Source of the DNA: Chiloscyllium plagiosum
Taxonomy: Eukaryota
DNA length: 33,164 nucleotides
Direction of reading: 5' to 3'
Assembly (NCBI RefSeq): GCF_004010195.1
Contig: NC_057718.1
Coordinates: forward strand, 74,781,403 to 74,814,566
The position numbers and the translations under genes were made by a program. How positions within the stretch are numbered: position 1 is the stretch's first letter; each line of letters begins with the position of its first letter. The notes below the pieces were generated by a model. The model had not been told where the DNA came from, made no database searches, and was given only the letters and a program-made list of their open reading frames with translations. Below, piece after piece: positions 1-11,453 of the stretch.

Positions 1-180
1 AGCTCTTCAAGAAGGAGGGTTGTTTTGTGAAGGAACTTCGAGTGTAAGGCAATGGAATGTTTGGCAATGTGTGGTGGATTGAAGCGAGGGGTAATATACC
101 ACATGGTATCAGAAATTTCAGGAGAATTGCTGCTAATAGGGTGAAATTCAAATACAAGGATGAGAATATTAAACTTGAGA
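1..180 (-). mobile_element. Old LINE fragment, possibly L2-like
   Basis: aaatacaaggatgagaatattaaacttgag resembles a common shark L2-type repeat as I recall it; highly degenerate. Confidence 0.3.
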
Positions 181-270
181 CAAAAACCAGAAGTACTGGA
201 GCAACTCGGCTCATCAGTGGAGAGAGAAACAGAATTAACATTTCAAGTCTGATATGGGTCTTCTTTCAGT
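181..270 (-). mobile_element. Penelope-like pLTR fragment with degenerate hammerhead motif
   Basis: Minus strand reads ctgaaagaagacccatatcagacttgaaatgttaattctgtttctctctccac; same family as 26557-26779. Confidence 0.55.
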
Positions 271-1274
271 TTTGCATGAGATGACATTTGTGGAGGATGA
301 AACAAGGGATTTAGCAGGCTATCATTGAACTCATTATCTACAAATAACAAGAGCTTGGCTGTGACTTTAGCCATCTGATTTTCTGATGAAACGTCAGATG
401 TCAGATGGACTGAGGCAGAATAGGACGTAGGTGATAACTTTTGATGGGGCAATGCAGCAATAATCTAGGTATCTACTCCATGAACCATTTCATTAGTATG
501 AATGTTTTGATTCAAGTACCAAATTGACCAGAATTGTTTCCCCTTACTAAAGTTTCCAGAATAAATTAGATTTTCACCAAGCTTTTTTTAATGAACCTCA
601 AAATAATTTAGTTATTATAAACAACCAATTTGTTAAACAGTTTTTCCAGTTGTTTAAATATCAAGTTTTATTCTGGAATTAAAGAATAATTTACTTAATT
701 ACTTAATCTCAGACAAACACATTCACATGACAATCCAGACAATATAGCTCTGCAGGCACGTTATAGCTTTTTTAAAAAATCAGGCAAAATGGGCAAAACA
801 AACCCTGTGGGCCAAGTGTCTGAACTCCAAGGATAAAAATGCAATTGTTTCTCATGATTCCTTGACTTTCCTGTCAATGACAGCAAAATACTGTCTGTCA
901 TAGAATGACAGAAAATCTTCAGATCAGAAGTCAGTTCAAATGGCAAGTTAGTTAGGCTTAAGTCTTTGATCAGAAGTAAGAGCTCAATTTTTAAGTTTTA
1001 TGAAGTGGTCAAGGATATTGATATTTGGAACTTGGAATTTGCAGAAATATTTCATTTAGATAGATTTCTGCAACCTGTCTTGCTGTAAGGTGTGCCTGCT
1101 GCTTTTTCAGGGGAAATAAAAACTTTTGTACTGCATATTTTCAAGGTTCATTTTTCTTCTGCTGGTATGCCCAGGTGTACTGGAAAACAGGAACTAATTC
1201 CAGAAGAATATTGCTAGGTAACCTTTATCACTTGGGCCCTATTTCTTACAAATAAAGTTGAAAGTTTGTTCACA

Positions 1275-2428
1275 GCATAAAAATAGTTGGAAAGGCAGAT
1301 TGTCAGAGAGATAACAAACACTATACAAAGAGATAGGTTAAGTAAATGGGCAAAAAGTTGGCAAATGGAGTATAATGTGGGAAAATGCAGAGTTGTTCAT
1401 TTTAGAAGAGGGAACAAAAGAACACGGGCGGCATGGTGGCACAGTGGTTAGCACTGCTGCCTCACAGCGCCAGAGACCCGGGTTCAATTCCCACCTCAGG
1501 CGACTGACTGTGTGGAGTTTGCAGGGTAAATGTAGGGGTATGGGTGGGTTGCGCTTCAGCGGGTCGGTGTGGACATGTTGGGCCGAAGGGCCTGTTTCCA
1601 CACTGTAATGTAATCTAAAAAATCTAATCTAAACAGAATATTCTCTAAATAGAGAAATACTGCAGAAAGCAGCAACACAAAGGGACTTGGGAGGTACTTG
1701 TGCATGAAACAGAGAAAGTTAGCACACACGTGTAGCATTTAACCAAGAAAGCTAATAGAATATTGACCCTTATTTCAAGGTGGTTGGACTATTAGAGTAG
1801 GGAGTCTCACTGCAACCGTGCAAGATGTTGGTGAGACCATGACTGGAGTCCTGTGGGCAGTTTTGATTCCTTATTTAAGGAGAGATATCATTTCATTGGA
1901 GATGGTTCAGGGAAAGTTTATGAGAATGATTTGATTTTATTTATTGTCATCTATATCTTATTACAAAACACAGTGAAAATTGTTCTATATTGGAGGAATT
2001 GTCTTTTGAGCAAAGGCTAAACAAGTTGGGACTCTACTCATTGGAGTTTAGAAGAATAAGACATGATCTCATTGGAACATATAGCATTCTTAAGGGACTT
2101 GACATGGTAAATGCTGAAAGGATGGTTCCCTTCATGGGAGAGTCTAGGCGTAAAAGGGTCTCAATTTAAGACCGAGATGAGGAGGAATTTCTTTGAGCAT
2201 TGTGAGTCTTTGGAACCCATTTCCACAGAGAACTGTGGGGGCAGAGTCTGTGTATATATTTAAGACTGAGACAGATAGCTTCTTTATCAGTAGGAGAAAT
2301 CAAGGGTTACAGAGAAAAGGCAGGAAAGTATGTATGAGGAATGTCAAACCAGTGATGATCCTATTGAATGGCAGAGTTGGTTTGACGGACTGTCTGACCT
2401 ACACCTGTCTGTATTTCTTTTGGTTTTA
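1275..2428 (+). mobile_element. CR1 LINE 3' fragment (RT C-terminus + 3' UTR), decayed, interrupted by a SINE
   Basis: Translates to DRLSKWAKSWQMEYNVGKCRVVH; later LVRP, GLYSLEFRRIR and VSLWNPFPQ match CR1 ORF2 motifs; many stops. Confidence 0.85.
1426..1631 (+). mobile_element. HE1/V-SINE-type tRNA-derived SINE with internal deletion
   Basis: A box tggcacagtgg, B box ggttcaattcc, 3' gggccgaagggcctgtttcc and (aatct)n tail; homologous to 26802-27113 but lacks the central segment. Confidence 0.9.
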
Positions 2429-3542
2429 TAGTCCAGTATTTAAAACCATGAACAGTATCTCGTATATTTCTTCAAAGCTTTACGTGTCTCGTCTCCAAAT
2501 TTAGTTTATTTTTCAGTAATTAACAGATGCATCACAGCAATAGTGAACCATTGCAAGAAATCACATATTCCTTCAAAGTCCTGATAAACACTTTTTAATC
2601 CAGAATGTTACAACAGTTTCATAATCCAGGCCTCATGGTCCTTAATTATAAATATGTGTTCCCAAAATGACTCCACTCTTGAGAAAGATGTAGACGTGAA
2701 ACAAATACCCTTGACCTAACCACAGCACTTTATCACTTCCTTGGCACACTACAGCCACCTCAGTCAGTTGGCATTCTACCCTTTCACCTAACAGATACCC
2801 TATCAACCTCACCAATCTGGCACCATACGTCCTCCCCCCAAGACCCCATATTTCCTGATTTCCACCCCATACATACCTACCAATGTGGCACTAAGCGGTG
2901 CGAAGGAGGGTGGTTTTAAATGATGATCTTCTCCATTGCTGGATTCCTAGATAGATTAATAACAGGGGGATCAATTATATCCATGAATCAACAGTACAGG
3001 CATCACCAAAAGGAAAGTAAACATTTTTAAAATGTGATCTGGGTCAGAATTGGTTCATAGACAATGACAAGAAACTAAAGTAGTAGTATGAAAATAGAAT
3101 TGATGTACAGAGGTTTGACCTGATGAGCAAAGAAAAGGTTTGAAATGCACAGATGGCACTGGTGGTGATAGTCTTGTATCTGTTCTGATGAGTTGATAGT
3201 GGAAAAGAAGGGGCGTGTGGGTGGGTGGGGAGTGCGAGGTACATATGAGGATGTGGTTGATAGCAGAAAAATCAGTGCTTACCTTTTGGCTCTAGTATGA
3301 TCCTCAAGTTTATAACTTAAGAGCTTGAAAGATCAGTTGTAAGTGACTTCAGGTGTCAAATACCTTTTAGCAGTCTGTGACAAAGAATGTCAGCATTGAG
3401 GTAGTAATGGGGATAAAAGGAAAGACTTGGTGGTGGCTTTGTCAGTTAGATTATAAATAAAAGGTTGAGGCAGGAATATTCAATTATTATGGTTCATATG
3501 GCACCTTATTGCTGTTGTAGAATGTCCTTCCTTATTCCAGGT

Positions 3543-3870
3543 CTGGGTCAGAAGAACTCTGGACTCAGACCCCACCTTAGAGTCTTGAACACAAAGTTCA
3601 GGTTGTCACTTCAGTGTAGTTCAGTGGCAATCCTGTCAAAAAAACTTCCTTAAGGTAGCACCATTCAAAGAAGAGGAATGTTCTGGTGTCCTGGACATTA
3701 AATATCCTTCAGACAATAATACCAAAATGATTATCTGGTCAGTTATTTCATTGTTGTTTATGGTTTCCTGATGAGCATAAATGAATTGCCAAATTTGCCT
3801 GCTTTACAATAGCGACTATTTTAAAAAAGTGCTTTAGGACATCCTGAGTGGCACAACGTAAATTTCTTTC
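3543..3870 (+). mobile_element. DeuSINE (SacSINE1-like), diverged
   Basis: gaagaggaatgttctggtgtcctggac...gattatctggtcagttatttcattgttgtttatgg...gctttaggacatcctgag follows the Deu domain and 3' part of shark SacSINE1 as recalled. Confidence 0.7.
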
Positions 3871-4778
3871 TCACTTTAAGGAGCAATATATATATAAAGC
3901 TTATGAATTTGCTTACAAAGTGGGCAGAGTAGTTAACTATAAAGTAATCTCTACTCTGGGCTTCAAGGAGACTTAATTTGTTCTTTCATTTCACATTTGG
4001 AGCATGTATTGGCGATCTTTGATTTGTCCATTCACCTTCCAGTGCATTTCTTTGAACTTTCTTTCTCTCCTTTCAAGCAGTTACATAAAATAACTAACTG
4101 TATGTTCTTGTTTCAATTACCTCAGTTCGTTCAACTTACCAAGAAAGTCTTACTAACAGAGTACAGAGAGATGAATTCTTATACTCGTAAATGTTATCAA
4201 AGAGATAAATGGAGGCAAGAATTAAAATAAATGTCACAGTATCATTTCTTTGGTATTCCTGCAGTTCTTCTGGAAACACAGCAGGCAAGCAGGAGAAAGA
4301 CATAGAAAGTTAATATCTTCATATTTTGGAATGGGAAAAGTACATTTCTTTGTAACAAAATAATAAAAGGGTAAGTGAACCCAGTTGCAGCAAAACAAGT
4401 CTAAAATGTGTTGCTATATCTTTTATGCCCAACCAGTGGCCATAACTTGATCTGCAGTTATTCTTTCTCAGGTACATCTCATTGATTAGTGTTGTTTAAC
4501 AATGTTACATTATGATTGTATCATTGTAAATAAAACTACATATTTGTACAACATGTATACTTTTGCATAAAAATGTTTAAAGCTGTTTATGGAATAATAT
4601 ATTTAAAGTTTGAGTATGCCAGTTTGTTTTAAAAATAATCACATTTGCATTTTTAAAAATACATAGTTTACATCAATATGATTTAATTTTCTCATTGAAC
4701 TTTTATTTTGGAATGTCTTAAAGGTTTTTACTTAGAATATGTCACCTGTTTCCAATTATATGCACCGAATGAATGTTT

Positions 4779-5292
4779 TAGAACATAGAACAAAGAACAT
4801 AGAACATTACATGGCAGTACAGGCCCTCGGCCCTGGATGTAGCACCAACCTGTGGAACCAATCTGAAGTCTTTCTCTCCTACATTATTCCATTTTCATCC
4901 ATATGTTTATCCAATGACCATTTAAATGCCCATAAAGTAGCAACTCTACCACAGTTGCAAGCAGTGCGTTCCACGCCCCTACTACCCTCTGAGTAAAGAA
5001 ACTGTCTCTGACATCTGTCCTATACTTATTACCCCTCAATTTATAACTATGTCCCCTCATGCTGGCCATTGCCATCCAAGGAAAAATGCTCTCAGTGTCC
5101 ACCCTATTAACACTCTGATTACCTTATATGTCTCAATTAAGTCACCTCTCAACCTTCTTCTCTGTAACAAAACTGCCTCAAGTCCCTCAGCCTTTCCTCA
5201 TAAGACCTTCCCTCCATACCAGGCAACATCCTAGTAAATCTCATTTGCACCCTTTCCAAAGTTTCCAAATCCTTCCTATAATGCGGTGATCA
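4779..5292 (-). mobile_element. CR1 LINE 3' end
   Basis: Minus ORF RGHSYKLRGNKYRTDVRDSFFTQRVVGAWNAL; (agaacat)n tail at left end. Confidence 0.92.
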
Positions 5293-5556
5293 TTTTGCCA
5301 GTTTTGATTTCACAACAGTTGGAGAAAGGATTCAACCACATTTTGATGCAAGGTATATGATTTATGTATAAGGTTTGCATCATTTATTTTGGATTTTGAA
5401 CTGGTGGCATGTGGGTTTTCGCAGCGTCTGATGATGTTTAGTAAATGAAGTTGTAAGTATTCCTGTAGCCAAGATAGATTTTCTTTAAAAAAAGCATTGT
5501 GAAAGAGTTCTTGGAAGCTAATGGGAACTTGTTTATATTGAGAGAGCTTTAGGAAT

Positions 5557-6280
5557 GGACAAAGTGAGGACTACAGATGCTGGAGATCAGTGTCAAAAAG
5601 TGTGACGGTTGAAAAGCACAGGTGGTCATGTAGTAACCAAGGGGCAGGAGAATTGACTTTTTGAGTATAAGCTCTTCATCTGGAATGAGGATTGAGACAG
5701 TGGGTCGACTGGGGCAGTCAGGTTTGTGAAATTTGAGTAGGAGGTTGAAACGGGCGGTACAGTATTCCCGGATTATGAGGTTGGAGGCTGTTGATGGGAG
5801 ATCCCCTGAGGTGATGAGGTTGTGGATGGTGTGGGAGATGCTGGTTTGGTGATGGGAGGTGAGGTCGTGGTCGAGGAGACAGTAGGAGGAGGTCCGCGAG
5901 TTTGCGCATGGCTTCAGCGATGTAGAGGTCGGTGTGCCAAACTACCACTGCATCCTCCTTGTCTGCTGGTTTGATGGTGACGTTGGGGTTGGAGTGGAAA
6001 GCGTTGGAGTGGGTGTTGCAATGCATATTGAATTAATTGATTCGGGAGCATAAAGGGATGAAGGTGAGGCCTTTACTGAGGACTGATCATTCATCCTCAG
6101 TGAGGGACAGGCCTTGGGGAATGGTAAAAACTGGCAGAACTGGGAGTCAGGACCTGATGTGGGGGCGGAGGCTGTGGGTGTGCTTATGGGATCATGGATG
6201 ATGTTACCAACAGAAGTGACCTCACCATGGGGGTCAGAGGTACAGAAGTGGTGCCTTCGGTAGCATTCGTGGGGGGGAAA
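5557..6280 (-). mobile_element. Penelope-like element fragment: RT N-terminal part joined to pLTR
   Basis: Minus strand NPNVTIKPADKEDAVVVWHTDLYIAEAMRKLAD and LLKFHKPDCPSRP; pLTR at 5557-5686 ends in ccagcatctgtagtcctcacttt. Confidence 0.85.
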
Positions 6281-7329
6281 GACCTTTTTAATTTCTATGG
6301 TTTGCAGGAGCCTTGGTTGAAATTGGATATATAAAATAATTGATTCTAAAGAAAGTAGTTAGTTTAGAATCGTTAAGAAAGGGGTTACCTCTGTAAGGAA
6401 TTTAGTTTAAAAAGTTCCAAACCATAAGTGTTTATTAAAATCCTGAAGGCATTATTTGAAGCTGAAGAAGTCTCTAAACTGATTTGTATGATGACTCAAG
6501 GAAGAGGCTATCATGTTCTCAAGACTGCAAATTGAAGCCAAGTAACAGAGTCATACAGAAGAGTCAGAAAGGTGACTGCTTTATACACGGGGATCTTTCC
6601 TTATTAACAATGAAGTAACTTTAATGGAGTAAAATTAAACAGCAATCAAATCTAATTTGCCTTTGCTTTCAATCTAACAGTCTTTCTTCTGAATGTGAAT
6701 GGGGCTGAAAAAGAGACAGACAAGCAAAAACAGTTAAGGGAAAAATAAAAGAAAATAACAAAACTGGTCAGTTTACTTAAGTGGCTTACGTGGTGCATTG
6801 TTCCACAGGCATAAATGATATTTTCTTGTTTGATTTTCTGAAGGTGTCGAACAGGATCATCTTTACAGTTTGATATTCTCTAAGATACCGAGAGATTCTC
6901 ACGGGAGGTTAGACAAGGAGCTTTCAAATTTTTTATGCTGTACCATCGGCACCTCTTTCTCACAAAAATCACAGTCCAAAACCAAATTCAAACTCCTTTA
7001 TAGATTGACCCTCTCTTCATGCAACGTCTGCTGTTTTCTTTCCACATATATTGGAACCAATTCTCAGGTACTGATATTGCTAATAGTCAACTTTTGCTAT
7101 CTGTTTAAATATAATACTGCTCCTTGGTGACAAAGCATCTGCAGAACCGTTTGGTCAGTAACCAAATTGAAACTAACTTTCAGGCTTGGTCTCATGAATA
7201 AACAAAAGCCTGTTTCTCTTTTAACACAAGCTGTTACCCACAATCCAAACATAAATGTTAGCTAACAGTTCATCTCCTTACCTACCTTAACAGCTGCCAT
7301 GACCAAATTTGAATAAAATGTAAAGAAGT

Positions 7330-8200
7330 AGCCTAAGTGGTACCTTCTGTAACAAAATGTCTAGGTAAGCTTTCCCCTTCCTGATGCATCTCAATGTCTG
7401 AAGCTTGACTCCTGCTCATCAGATTGGAACTTAATTCTTCAAGTTGTAGACCTTGGAGTACAGGTTCATAATTCCTTGAAAGTAGAGTCGCAGGTAGATA
7501 GGATAGTGAAGAAGGCATTTGGTGTGCTTTTCTTTATTGGCTAGCGTATTGAGTACAGGAGTTAGCGGCTGTACAGGACGTTGGTTAGGCCATTTCTGGA
7601 ATATTGTGTACAGTTCCAGTCTCCTTCCTATCAGAAGAATATTGTGAAAAATCAAAGGGTTCAGAAAAGACTTACAAGGATGTTGCCAGGATTGGAGGAT
7701 TTGAGCTACAGGGAGATGCCGAATAGGTTGGGACTATTTTCCCTGGAGTGTTGGAGACTGAATGTTGACCTTTTAGAGGTTTATAAAGTCATGAGGGGCA
7801 TGGATAGGATAAATAGACAAAGTCATTTCCCTGGGGTGGGAGAGTCCAGAACTAGAGGGCATAGGTTGAGGGTGAGAGGAGAAAGATATAAAAGGGACCT
7901 AAGGGGCACATTTTCATGCAGAGGGTTGTGCATGTATGGAATAAGCTGCCAGAGGAAGTAGTCGGAGCTGGTACAATTGCAGCATTTAAAGGCATCTAGA
8001 TAGGTTTATAAATAGGAATAGTTTAGAGGGATATGGGCCAAATGCTGACAAATGGGACTAGATTAGGTTAGGATATCTGGTGGGAATGGATGAATTGAAC
8101 TGTTTACAGGCTGTACATTTCTATGACTCTATTGCAGATATAGTTGCCATGGTTCACAGATATCCACCAGCTGCCACATGTCACTTGTTCTGTCATCCTT
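7330..8200 (-). mobile_element. Old CR1 ORF1 N-terminal fragment split by a younger CR1
   Basis: 8131-8200 gives MWQLVD...HGNYICN and 7330-7449 gives LQLEEL...EGES (frameshifted), the CR1 ORF1 zinc finger/coiled-coil pattern. Confidence 0.6.
7450..8130 (+). mobile_element. CR1 LINE 3' end (5'-truncated)
   Basis: LVRPFLEYCVQF...RVQKRLTRMLPGLEDLSYRE...RTRGHRLRVRGERY; ctatgactct tail. Confidence 0.92.
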
Positions 8201-9431
8201 ATTATATCTCATTCAAGTGATAGGGTTCAGCTGTCAAATATCACTCATCATGTATCCATAGCCAAATTACCTAGTTAAGCTATAGATCTAATTAAGCATT
8301 TTTTAATAATGGCATCTGCTGGCACCAGCACATGCGCCTTATGCACCACCTTAAATCACATGTGTGCAGACTTTGGGGGAATGCCAGGGGGGAGGAGGTT
8401 AGAACTGGGAGACGAAGAATGTGGACCCAGGAGAACATGAGGGGGGTAGGTTGGGTGAGAAAGAAAGAGAACCACAGTGGATTTGGAGTGAAGAGAGTTG
8501 AGTAAGCACAGAAGAAGGGAGACAGAGGAGGAAAGGGACTCCCAACTAATGGGTATTCATTACGTGCTCCCCCCATCCCATGTCCTGGGCCTCCCCTTGT
8601 TGCCCACTCACAACCCCTGTCTGCTGGCTCCTCTTCTCATTTTGGGGGATTCTGTACCCCCTGCTCTCTCCCCCCCACCCCCCACCCCCAAACTTGCAAT
8701 CCCCCCACCCCACCACTGAAACACCATTCAAAATCACACATTCTTTCCTGCACTTGCGCATGGTGTCACATAAAATCTACATGATGGACTATTGTGCTGG
8801 AACTGTACGCATGCATGTTCCCAAGTAAGAACACAGGCATAGTTACCTGCTGTCACCAGTCTAGGCAAATACTGCCTTTTTTTAATATGTCCCCAGTACC
8901 GGTGTAGAGAGGCAAAATAGCTTAAACACAACAACATTGTGACCTGATCTCCTAATTAATGTCTTTGAGCTTCAGTTCTCAGGTCTCACTCTTGCAACAA
9001 CCTTAATTGGCTGGTTCCTTCTTGCAAAAGACCAGAACAGCAGCTCTACTCTTAATGCACTGAATACCCTCACTTGCAAATTCTCAGAGTTAGTGGATTG
9101 TTCTTTGTGCACTCAGATAAAGCTGCACCTTTGCGTGATTTTACTTTGCGTGTTTACTAAAACTCTTGAATTGATTTTTGCTGAAATTCCAGCGAGCTGG
9201 TCAGTAACTATTGATCTGGAAACCAGTTCATACTTACTATGAAATTAAGTAACTGCTGCTGTCGTTAGCAGTTAATTTGTTTATCACTAACTAAGATTAT
9301 AGGAAACATAATTTACTGTTACACTTAAGCTTAACACTAAATGCAAACTTGATGAGATTTTAGATCAACTCTTAAAACTTCCTAAACAAATTCCCAAAGC
9401 TAATCATTTGGTCTCACTGGACTCAATTTCA

Positions 9432-9591
9432 TGCAACAGTGTGGTGCTGGAAAAGCACAGGTCAGGCAGCATCCGAGGAGCAGAAGAATCGATGATTCGT
9501 GCAAAAGCCCTTCATCAGGAATCCATTCCTGTGCTTTTCCAGCACCACACTCGACTCTAACCTCCAGCATCTGCAGTCCTCACTTTCGCCT
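9432..9591. mobile_element. Short fold-back Penelope pLTR element with 11-bp TSD
   Basis: TSD actcaatttca at 9421-9431 and 9592-9602; perfect 24-bp inverted arms 9438-9461 and 9528-9551; minus-strand cctgatgaagggcttttgcacgaatc. Confidence 0.85.
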
Positions 9592-9602
9592 ACTCAATTT
9601 CA

Positions 9603-10040
9603 AATCCTAGTCCTAGGCCTCCTCCACTGCCAAATCCAAGCCACCCAACAGCTGGAGGAAGAACACCTCATCTTCCACCTTGGCACCCTTCAACCACACG
9701 GCATTAACATCAACTTCACTAGTTTCCTAATTTCCCCTCCCCCCACCTCAACCCAGATCCAATCCTCTAACTAGGCACTGCCGTCTTGAACTGTCCTACC
9801 TGTCCATCTTCCCTCCTATCTATATACTCCACCCTCCCCTATTCAACCCCATTGCATCTGCCTATCTCCTTCTCAGCTATCTTTTTCCCCAATCCCCACT
9901 CCCACATTCCATTTTATCTCTTGCTCCCCCCCCCCCACCCCCACATTTCTGATGAAGGGCTTATGCCCAAAATGTTGACTCTCCTGCTCCTTGGAGGCTG
10001 CCTGACCTGCTGTGTTTTTCCAGCACCACACTGTTTGATT
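9603..10040 (+). mobile_element. Penelope-like element 3' end (GIY-YIG C-terminus + pLTR with hammerhead remnant)
   Basis: VLGLLHCQIQATQQLEEEHLIFHLGTLQPHGININFTSF, then a C-rich UTR and ctgatgaagggcttatgcccaaaatgttg at 9949. Confidence 0.88.
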
Positions 10041-10509
10041 CAATTTCTAACTGGCAGTCTTATGTGACTTGGCCATACAAGCTATTTGGATTCATTTGAA
10101 TTTCAAATGAAAAAGCTAATCTTAAATCCACTTAGTATTCTAAGATTTGTGCATGACCAAAGGCTCATTTTGAACCCAAAATTGGACTTTGGCCTTATTT
10201 CCACGTAACTTTTGTACTGCAGTGAACTGTTATACTTGAAGCTTTGCAATACTTGAGCACCCCTCAAGTAAATGAGGACATTTGGATAATTATGATTTTG
10301 ACTGATGATACACAATAAAATGTCAGTAGCTGGGATAACACAGTTCTGAGTATTTTTCTACTGGTTGTAGTTGACCACAAAAAGAAGCAGCAGGGGCATT
10401 TCACAATAAAGCTTATAGTATGATAAGAGAAACTGGATAAAAGAACAAGCTGTAACAAACAAGGAACAAAGAATGCAGACAAGGACAGCAGGATGGCCAG
10501 ATAAGAAAA

Positions 10510-10728
10510 TAACTAACAAGTGAGGTAATCGGCTTATGATAGGATGGGAAAAGGGAAGCATGATTCCGCAACTTGTAAACTGAATAAGAAAGCTAACAGG
10601 CTCTGTTTTGGTGCACATTTCTGCTTGATTGCAGAAGCCTCTGGTCCTGCAAGGCTGTAATAAATTGTTCTTGTTTCCAAGGCTTTGTCTCAGGCTGATT
10701 GATTTGTGAGTGAGTTCTGTTTCTCACA
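10510..10728 (+). repeat. ERV 5' LTR (part shared with the 3' LTR)
   Basis: Direct repeat of 18030-18249 with 4 substitutions and 1 indel; ends ttctcaCA; AATAAA at 10659-10664. Confidence 0.93.
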
Positions 10729-10731
10729 ATT

Positions 10732-10749
10732 TGGGGGCTCATCCGGAAT
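10732..10749 (+). promoter_or_regulatory. Primer binding site, tRNA-Pro
   Basis: TGGGGGCTCATCCGGAAT, 16/18 match to the tRNA-Pro PBS TGGGGGCTCGTCCGGGAT, 3 nt after the LTR end. Confidence 0.9.
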
Positions 10750-11168
10750 CCAAAACTCTGACCACTCAACACTCTTGGGACGATGGGGGAGGTGCACCTT
10801 GCCGATTTCGGTGATCTCCGACTCCCTTGCTTGTAGTTCATGATTTGGGCGAGTATGAACCGGATTGGGAGACCCTGGAAACAAGGTGGGCAGATGCGGC
10901 GGGTTCGGTCGGGCAACTCTTGTGCACAAAACCCAGGTAGGGAAAGGTCTTAAAGGATATATCCGGGTGCCAGGGGGCATCAGTATTTGCTGCAGGAATT
11001 GCCGCAGGACGGGGTGCACCGAAATGACCAGGTAACTCTGTGCACAGACCAAGGTAAGAAAAGAAACCTTCAGTATTGCCTTGGTGGTCGGGACGTACCT
11101 AAGTACGGGAAATTGGCAATATATAAAATAAAGCATATGTCAATGGAAAACAGCCCGTGTCAGAAGAG

Positions 11169-11276
11169 CTAGTAGCTGACCGGCTACTGAGGGTGCACTT
11201 CGTAACTAACTTATGGCCAGACATTCAGAAAAATATTCAAAACCTAGAGGAGTTGTTGCGGGAAGCTCAAAGTGTC
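11169..11276 (+). pseudogene. gag: Second, divergent gag capsid C-terminal fragment in the ERV leader
   Basis: LVADRLLRVHFVTNLWPDIQKNIQNLEELLREAQSV aligns to PIAQGLLKVQFVTKSWPDKQKKLQK...MEELLCEAQKV at 12538-12669. Confidence 0.8.
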
Positions 11277-11280
11277 TGTG

Positions 11281-11316
11281 AGACACACACGCACACACAC
11301 AGACACACACACAGAG
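11281..11316. repeat. Imperfect (CA)n microsatellite
   Basis: agacacacacgcacacacacagacacacacacagag. Confidence 0.85.
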
Positions 11317-11453
11317 AAAAGAGCTGTACAGCTAGTATAAAGTTTAACCCTTTGTGATTCGGTATGAATGCACATTTGTTTGTTGGTGATTGAATGTTAA
11401 CAGTTGAAGTCTCAAAAAGCATATAATTGGCCAGATTAATTAAATTTGCAATA

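Noticed and set aside
382..398. ctgatgaaacgtcag resembling a hammerhead core
   Set aside because: CTGATGA and GAAAC overlap with no stem II and no pLTR context
6844..7067. Open frame between AG and GT on the plus strand
   Set aside because: Weak donor, unrecognised peptide, no partner exons
8300..9410. Purine/pyrimidine-skewed tract and adjacent repeat-like DNA
   Set aside because: Probably old repeat remnants, but no termini, TSD or motif could be established
10494..10500. tggccag also found just right of the 3' LTR, a possible TSD
   Set aside because: Not flush with an LTR terminus, no TG start follows, and length is atypical
10690..11136. 148-aa antisense ORF across the ERV leader
   Set aside because: No motif and runs across PBS and LTR; no support for coding
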